In this document: positions 58,125 to 64,000 of the stretch, in pieces
Position numbering within the stretch: position 1 is the first letter of the stretch
Layout of the letters: the number at the start of each line of letters is the position of its first letter
Virus record (IMG/VR): IMGVR_UViG_3300023174_000052
Span: 111,595-175,594 of that record
Direction: 5' to 3' (one strand)
DNA: 64,000 nt
Origin: a virus
Notes under the pieces: model-generated
Seen by the model: only the letters and a program-made list of their open reading frames with translations
Told to the model about the DNA's origin: nothing
Database searches by the model: none
Made by a program: the position numbers and the translations under genes

Positions 58125-61100
58125 TTATGATATTTTTTCTATTGTAATTACAGTATCACCGTCGTTAATATCATCGTCTGACGATGCATCTGCAACGATA
58201 TTCACCTGAGGGTTTCTAGCTATACTATAATAATACCTCGGCGGAATTGCGCCGGTAAAAACTTGTTTGGATCGCCAACATGTCAATTTCTCAGCTACGA
58301 CAAAATCGTCAGTTTTACCAGTGGTACTATCTACTATTCTTCTATCAACACTGCGGGCTTTAAATCTTAGATAATCATTTTCTTCTAAATTACACGTTAA
58401 ATTAAACGTAATAGTTTTTAGCCGGTCTTCTACACCTAGAGGTTTATCGCGATCGAAAAGTAAGTTATTGGCTGATACTAATCCATCAGGTGGTGTGTTA
58501 TCGAACGTATCATCTTTATCATAATATCTTAATACACTCGATGGATTGAGAGGATTGCTATTATTACTTCCTACCTCGTCCGCTTCAGACGTTGTATCAA
58601 AGTACGTATCAAGAAACCCAGTAAGATAACTGTATGGAGCATTATCGTTAGACCAGTTATAAGAATAACCTCTAGCTATTTCTGTCCCGTTTATACCCTG
58701 TATAGATGAAACATCTCCAAAATCGCATGATTCTTCGATCAGAGGAAAAAATTTAATACTATTTTGAACGGAATTAAATTTTGCTCGTAATATGCTAAAA
58801 AATGATATTATATTATTCGGCGTAATTTGCATTCTTCCTCTATTAGCGTATCTAAACGTAGCGTTAACTGTAATTTTATATTTACCAGCTTCTTTTATCT
58901 GAAACGTCGTATATCTTGAAGTACCATTAGAATTGTGCGTCTGTTTCGTAACAAAATTTCCATAATTAATTTTTTCATCAGAGAAATCTAATATTCTTCC
59001 ACCGCCGACAATAGTATGATCCTTGTTATAAGAATAGTTACCTGACAAATTTGGGTATCCTTTGTCTACTCCTGCTAATTTAACATATATCCGCTTTCGT
59101 GTTGAACCACCATTAGTTGTGCTATCGTTATTATCAAATTTTGTGTTGGCATAATATCCTGTTTCGTTGTTTGCGCCCCAATTACTTAAACCCGCTATAT
59201 AAATTTTTTGTTGTGTACCGTCAGTAAGTTTCGTTATCGAAACAGTAGAAGTCAAGGTTTCTTTCGAGATTTTAACTCTAACTTCTATACCAGAACCTAG
59301 CGCTGCAGCATATTGATCCTGATTCATCGTCGCACTATTTCCAGTAATAGTCAAATAGTTGGGCATTAGAGAATTGTCAGAAGTTAAAGGTTCTTCGGCA
59401 CCTAGACTATTGACACGATAAACTTCCCAATCAGTGTCTAACAACACAAGCGCGCTAGTCAAATTTTGTAATGTTGCTGTGAAACGAATTATTTGATTAG
59501 TAGGATTAAAACTACCATTAGCTGACTTATTAAAGTAAGTTTTATCTACACTTAACGTAAGTAATTTAGAATCGGCGCCTGCTTTAGATTTTGTGAGCGT
59601 CTGTTCTTGAGTTATAACGGGTTTTTCTATCCCTTCGAGATCTTTTACATAAATAGAAAAGGTCGTTTTCGCTACGTCTAAAGATAAGTTAGACGTGGAT
59701 TGCGGTGTGAATTTTAATTTTTTATTATTTGATCCACCAACAATCGCGCCAGAATTTGAGCTATACGTAATACCAGTTGGCGGTCCAGCGACAACTCTAA
59801 ATTGTCCATTACCGGTAAAAGAACCACCAGTAATAGCAGTCAACGCAGTCGCTCCTTCAAACACATAAACTTCAGTTTCACCAGACGCGTAATTCGAAGC
59901 GGCTATTACACCACTTCCATCGGTCGGAAAAGAATGCGATGGATTTGAAACTATAATAGTAATAGCATTAGTCCCAGATTTAAGCCCTACAATTGTAACT
60001 GAATCTGTGGCTACAGCTTCCGTCACGCCCGATTCATATGTTTCAACTATAAATGTTTTAGGAATAGTAAAATACGCTGGAAATGTAGTTTGAACCTGTA
60101 CCGTAAATTTACCCGAATTATCTTGACCAAGATATGTTCTAGCATCCGGATTATCACTCCATGCACTCCAGAATTTATAGTTTAATCCTGCCGTTTTATG
60201 ATTATTTGCAACCGCAGTAAGAACAATGTTATCGTTAGGAGTCGGCGTCGTCCCATCTGTACTGTACGTAATGCTATATGTCGACGATGTTAATTTAACG
60301 CTCTTACCAGGCACGCCATCATTAACAGATAAGATTGACATTTCGTCAACTACGTAATTACTCCAGCTTGCGACTATTCTTATTCCTTTACCTGGTTTAT
60401 AATCGGGACTGACATAAGAATGAATGGCATTTGAAAATTGAGTCGAATTGACCGTAATAGCGTCTTTATCGCCATCGATAGTTGGGGATCCATCGTCTTC
60501 ATAATCAATCTCGGATTGACTAAAATAAATCTGATCGCCCGGGTCATCTGCTAGTAATCTATAACCACCATCTGCTAAAATCTTATAAATTTTCCACGTT
60601 ACTATAGCATTCGACGATAAATTACCTTTTACATTCGCAGTAAATTTAGATTCTTGGTCTGACTCTACATCACCTTCACTAGTGATTTTGAAAATTTGAG
60701 AATTTGCTCGAACTACTAAAAATCGTCCTGTCTTATTTTTGGTAATCTTAAAAACTCGTTCGATAATAGTGTCGTCAGAATTATCGACTAATACTCCATC
60801 TTGTATTTTCGCCGCCAATCGAAACGAAACAGTATCAGACGAATTAGACCACGAAGAAGTATTATCTATTTCGTATATTCCTTCATTATTAATTCTTATT
60901 ACTAGACCATCAATCGAATAACCATAAGTTGGAATCGTCGAAAATTTGTTTTGAGTATCTATATAACCAAAAGTAACAACTGGGCTCACAAGCTTCGTAT
61001 TACCTTTCATTACTACAAATTCACCAGTTTTATTACTAAGCCCTGCAGAATTAGTAGCACCAGTTGACCCAGCAGCGATTGTATCAAATTCGTTCGTTAA

Positions 61101-62501
61101 ATAAGAAGTGTACGCGTCTTGCCCTCTAAAAGAAAGACCTTTCGATTCCCAAATATTGGAAAGTTGTCCTGACGGTCTCGAAGAACTTAAACGAGTTTTA
61201 ACATACAACAAATGATTCTTGGTATCCATGTAAGAATCATTTATTTTAGAATTTTTTACCGAAAAATAATCTTTAGTGAACTCTTCTAAATTTCCATCGT
61301 AATAATCCGCGAGATTATATTGCGAAGCAGCTTCGACCGTAGGTAAATCAAACTTATTGGGGTCCATAAGACCTAAAACTATTCCGGAAGAAGCGTATGA
61401 TTCACCTGTTGATATCCATGAACCATCTATTTGTTTCCATATCTGGTGGCGCTTTGTATCGAAATATATGTCTCCGTCTATAGCTTCTTCGAACTCGGAA
61501 GGTAAAGTTTCATCGCTATTCCATATATTCGCATCACCAGATTGATTTGTCCCTTGGAATACTTTGTTTCCTCGCTTACCTGCGAATGACTCTCCGATTA
61601 CTTGCCACAAATTGTCATCGATACCATTTGTAGCAGGATTATCTAAAGCTATTTTTTTCCATAGTCTATGTGAATCTATTTCTATATAAACATCTCCGAT
61701 TATTGCATCTACAAGCTGGGGTCTCATACTAACGCTATTGGGACTTAAATTTCCTTGAAATAGACCATTAACACGAGGGCCTGGTGATCCATCTCGACCC
61801 CTAAATGTTGCACCTCGTTGTACCCAACCCGTATCAGTCTTTTTCCAAATTAAATGCGAATCGGTTTCGATGTATAGATCGTCATTCTTTGCATCAAAAA
61901 ATCCATCGGGTAAATTGGGGCTAGAAGGTAAGAGAGTATTCGGATCAGGCGCGCCTTCATAAACCGAACGACCTCGTTCTCCAGGTTGACCATCGACACC
62001 GTCTTCGCCATCTCTACCGAATGAAAGACCCGCATGTTGCCACTTCAATTCTCTTGGCGTGTCACTGACTTTCGTCCAGATCATTCTCCTTGAAGTAAGA
62101 GTCAATCCAGTTTCGATATAAATGTCGCCGATTTCTGCATCACTTATAGACACAACATTTGGATTTGATGGACCCTGAAATATTTTGCTTCCTCGAGGTC
62201 CCTGAGCACCTTGTTCACCACGTAGCTCGAAACCCACACCCCAGCCACTCTCAGTCCTCTTATAGAGCTGCATGTCATCGAGGTCGATATATACCACGAC
62301 TTCGGTAGGAAGAGTGTCAGAGGGCTGTCCATTCGCTGCATCGATAAGCTTCGCAACTCCGCCTTGTGCGGCAAGTGTGCTCATGAAATAAGAGACAGAG
62401 TCTCTGTCTTTGAATTTTATCTTTCCATTTTCATCGACGAATAACGATGCAGGATTTTCTTGACCGTCTTCTAAGACAATTTCGTTTACTATTGTTGACA
62501 T
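58125..62501 (-). CDS. Long tail/capsid fibre: six hinge+short-collagen repeats, tandem Ig-like modules, C1q/BclA-CTD-like end
   Basis: Repeated GDIYIET...IWKK...W...G.SF.G..G units; GxDA/GKS-initiated beta modules; FQIKEAGKYKITVNA and terminal VITIEKIS. Confidence 0.8.
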   Translation of the reverse strand: MSTIVNEIVLEDGQENPASLFVDENGKIKFKDRDSVSYFMSTLAAQGGVAKLIDAANGQPSDTLPTEVVVYIDLDDMQLYKRTESGWGVGFELRGEQGAQGPRGSKIFQGPSNPNVVSISDAEIGDIYIETGLTLTSRRMIWTKVSDTPRELKWQHAGLSFGRDGEDGVDGQPGERGRSVYEGAPDPNTLLPSSPNLPDGFFDAKNDDLYIETDSHLIWKKTDTGWVQRGATFRGRDGSPGPRVNGLFQGNLSPNSVSMRPQLVDAIIGDVYIEIDSHRLWKKIALDNPATNGIDDNLWQVIGESFAGKRGNKVFQGTNQSGDANIWNSDETLPSEFEEAIDGDIYFDTKRHQIWKQIDGSWISTGESYASSGIVLGLMDPNKFDLPTVEAASQYNLADYYDGNLEEFTKDYFSVKNSKINDSYMDTKNHLLYVKTRLSSSRPSGQLSNIWESKGLSFRGQDAYTSYLTNEFDTIAAGSTGATNSAGLSNKTGEFVVMKGNTKLVSPVVTFGYIDTQNKFSTIPTYGYSIDGLVIRINNEGIYEIDNTSSWSNSSDTVSFRLAAKIQDGVLVDNSDDTIIERVFKITKNKTGRFLVVRANSQIFKITSEGDVESDQESKFTANVKGNLSSNAIVTWKIYKILADGGYRLLADDPGDQIYFSQSEIDYEDDGSPTIDGDKDAITVNSTQFSNAIHSYVSPDYKPGKGIRIVASWSNYVVDEMSILSVNDGVPGKSVKLTSSTYSITYSTDGTTPTPNDNIVLTAVANNHKTAGLNYKFWSAWSDNPDARTYLGQDNSGKFTVQVQTTFPAYFTIPKTFIVETYESGVTEAVATDSVTIVGLKSGTNAITIIVSNPSHSFPTDGSGVIAASNYASGETEVYVFEGATALTAITGGSFTGNGQFRVVAGPPTGITYSSNSGAIVGGSNNKKLKFTPQSTSNLSLDVAKTTFSIYVKDLEGIEKPVITQEQTLTKSKAGADSKLLTLSVDKTYFNKSANGSFNPTNQIIRFTATLQNLTSALVLLDTDWEVYRVNSLGAEEPLTSDNSLMPNYLTITGNSATMNQDQYAAALGSGIEVRVKISKETLTSTVSITKLTDGTQQKIYIAGLSNWGANNETGYYANTKFDNNDSTTNGGSTRKRIYVKLAGVDKGYPNLSGNYSYNKDHTIVGGGRILDFSDEKINYGNFVTKQTHNSNGTSRYTTFQIKEAGKYKITVNATFRYANRGRMQITPNNIISFFSILRAKFNSVQNSIKFFPLIEESCDFGDVSSIQGINGTEIARGYSYNWSNDNAPYSYLTGFLDTYFDTTSEADEVGSNNSNPLNPSSVLRYYDKDDTFDNTPPDGLVSANNLLFDRDKPLGVEDRLKTITFNLTCNLEENDYLRFKARSVDRRIVDSTTGKTDDFVVAEKLTCWRSKQVFTGAIPPRYYYSIARNPQVNIVADASSDDDINDGDTVITIEKIS
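61120..62330 (-). repeat. Six degenerate ~55-90 aa protein repeats
   Basis: VYIDLD/DIYIET/DLYIET/DVYIEI/DIYFDT/DSYMDT, each followed by (I/L)(W/Y)xK...W and in most copies G-x-x triplets. Confidence 0.8.
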
Positions 62502-62529
62502 TTAATCGCCTAAAATAAGAGTGTTACAA

Positions 62530-64000
62530 TCATCCACAGTGGTAAGTACAACCGACGAATGCTTTTCTATAAGTCTGTCCGTTCCAAACAAACTCTTCGC
62601 ATCGATAGACTTGCGAATTTAAATCGAAGATACAATCGCATGTAATTTTTGCTACAGTATAATTTGCTAAAAATTCCGAATCCTGTTTCATGCCCAATCC
62701 AGGAATTTCGCAAGTTGTAATATAATTTCCATTTTCTAAATCACCATTAATATTACATACCCAAATTCCACCTTCACCTAAAGAATTGATAACCAAACGA
62801 TTGTCTTCTGGCGACTTCTTTTCTTCTACGGAAACAAATAGTCCCAAAAGATATTCACGTGAAGATTGATTAGGGTCTTCATGATCAGATATGACACCAA
62901 AAACAGACCTTTGATTTCTAACATTCGAGAGAGTAACAATAGGTAAAGCTTCATTTATACTAATATTATTTCTTGGATCATCGACAGCGATCGTATTGTC
63001 GTATTCTCCCGTCGAGACGACTATCAATCCAACGCTTGAATACTCTAAAAGATTATCATTTAATGGTTTGACTTTGTGTTGACCGGTAAAATTAACTTGA
63101 TTACTCGCAGTAGCAGCAGAGTTAAAATATCCTTTCGCTGTACCATTATACGCGAATTCTAAGTTATTCGAAGTGTTAACGTTATATCCCCATCTATTCG
63201 AAGAACCACTCGCCTCCAATGATATGGCTCTAGATGTATTATTATTTTGTTTAATTTGTATGTGATTCGAACCAGCAATCGTCGGCGTTCCAAAGTAAAG
63301 AGTATCAGACGATCGTAATCTAACGTCGGCATTAACATACGCTGTTGTTGCGTCTAACGTAGTAGAAGATCCTAACGTTATTCTTGTTGTCCCAGCGCTA
63401 TCTATTATATTATTGCCTTGAATTTGTAAGTCACCTGCGATGACAACTTTTCCTAAACTTTGTAATGTTATGTTTCCACCGCCAGAACCCGATATTTGAT
63501 TACTATTCAATATAACCGGTTGCTCAAAATAAGAAGAAGCAGTAACCAATAATAAATCTGATGATGTATTACCAATATAAGAGTTTCCACTCACGAACAT
63601 ATTGTTAGTTACATTTATTCCACCATTAACGTCTAATTTTTGCGAAGGACTAATTGTTCCAATACCTATATTAGATCCATTATTATAAATGTTTGTACTG
63701 TTTAAAACCCAGCTCGTACCGTTCCAATATGTTGTCGCTCCCGTAGTAGTGCCGTTCGATAATAATCCTTGCGCTCCTTGAGCACCAATAGCACCCTGAG
63801 CACCAATAGCACCCTGAGCGCCTGTGGTACCTTGAGAACCCTGAGCACCCTGAGCGCCTGTGGTACCTTGAGAACCCTGAGCACCCTGAGCGCCTGTGGT
63901 ACCTTGAGCACCAATAGCACCCTGAGCGCCTGTGGTACCTTGAGCACCAATAGCACCCTGAGCGCCTGTGGTACCTTGAGCACCTATAGCACCCTGAGCG
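62530..64000 (-). CDS. Collagen-like fibre protein with C-terminal intramolecular-chaperone-like domain (5' end outside window)
   Basis: The frame of the 62530..63600 ORF stays open to the edge: ...([12 protein letters not shown])n GLLSNG...YWNGTSW...[17 protein letters not shown]...NFTGQH...GEGGIWV...YTVAKIT...[10 protein letters not shown]. Confidence 0.88.
   Translation of the reverse strand, partial: AQGAIGAQGTTGAQGAIGAQGTTGAQGAIGAQGTTGAQGAQGSQGTTGAQGAQGSQGTTGAQGAIGAQGAIGAQGAQGLLSNGTTTGATTYWNGTSWVLNSTNIYNNGSNIGIGTISPSQKLDVNGGINVTNNMFVSGNSYIGNTSSDLLLVTASSYFEQPVILNSNQISGSGGGNITLQSLGKVVIAGDLQIQGNNIIDSAGTTRITLGSSTTLDATTAYVNADVRLRSSDTLYFGTPTIAGSNHIQIKQNNNTSRAISLEASGSSNRWGYNVNTSNNLEFAYNGTAKGYFNSAATASNQVNFTGQHKVKPLNDNLLEYSSVGLIVVSTGEYDNTIAVDDPRNNISINEALPIVTLSNVRNQRSVFGVISDHEDPNQSSREYLLGLFVSVEEKKSPEDNRLVINSLGEGGIWVCNINGDLENGNYITTCEIPGLGMKQDSEFLANYTVAKITCDCIFDLNSQVYRCEEFVWNGQTYRKAFVGCTYHCG
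63766..64000 (-). repeat. 36-bp tandem repeat encoding ~26 Gly-X-Y collagen triplets
   Basis: GGTACC recurs at 63826, 63862, 63898, 63934 and 63970 (exact 36-bp period); two unit variants, [12 protein letters not shown] and [12 protein letters not shown]. Confidence 0.95.

Noticed and set aside
43-61545. All plus-strand ORFs (e.g. 4051..4710, 22314..23093, 19887..20450, 9997..10521)
   Set aside because: They lie antisense to well-supported minus-strand genes, are Ser/Phe/Leu-rich codon shadows, and show no motifs.
63702-63983. 93-aa repetitive ORF ([12 protein letters not shown])n in the track
   Set aside because: Alternative frame of the collagen repeat; the Gly-X-Y frame is continuous with the downstream fibre gene.
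63766-64000. 36-bp periodic repeat as a CRISPR array
   Set aside because: Units are contiguous with no unique spacers and encode collagen triplets.
1-64000. Stop-codon reassignment, as seen in some large phages
   Set aside because: Genes are full length under code 11, and TAG (7816, 26566, 31466, 41356, 53654), TGA and TAA all end genes exactly where the next begins.
58125-64000. Diversity-generating retroelement or invertase system acting on the fibres
   Set aside because: No reverse transcriptase, recombinase, or template/variable repeat pair visible in the window.
1-64000. tRNA, rRNA or intrinsic terminators
   Set aside because: Intergenic gaps are too short or too AT-rich; no cloverleaf or GC stem followed by a U-tract was recognised by eye.

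Overview
A 64 kb segment of a large T4-like myovirus (jumbo-phage-type) genome. Standard genetic code, and every credible gene is on the minus strand and tightly packed. In transcription order (right to left) it contains: (1) two fibre genes, a proline-free Thr-containing collagen-like fibre with a C-terminal chaperone-like domain (cut by the right edge) and a 1458-aa repeat fibre; (2) a 141-bp, ~16% GC intergenic region containing an exact T4 late promoter TATAAATA; (3) an ~15 kb, 18-gene glycosylation island with up to 9 candidate glycosyltransferases, WecB, a methyltransferase, a HAD-nucleotidyltransferase plus phosphodiesterase, an RmlB/aminotransferase/GNAT viosamine-type pathway, a UDP-sugar dehydrogenase and an embedded Cas4-like nuclease; (4) a gp55-like sigma factor; (5) a ~28 kb baseplate module (gp5-, gp25- and gp6-like proteins, plus LamG, FN3 and DNRLRE proteins); (6) RuvC-like resolvase, primase and a fused SbcD-SbcC; (7) large terminase, portal, prohead protease, small head proteins and a scaffold gene that the ORF track missed (cut by the left edge). 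The best candidate for a new system is a self-contained, membrane-independent phage glycosylation pathway next to collagen/BclA-like fibres, i.e. virion-fibre glycosylation paralleling Bacillus BclA/anthrose and mimivirus viosamine. All family calls come from motifs read by eye; no searches were run.
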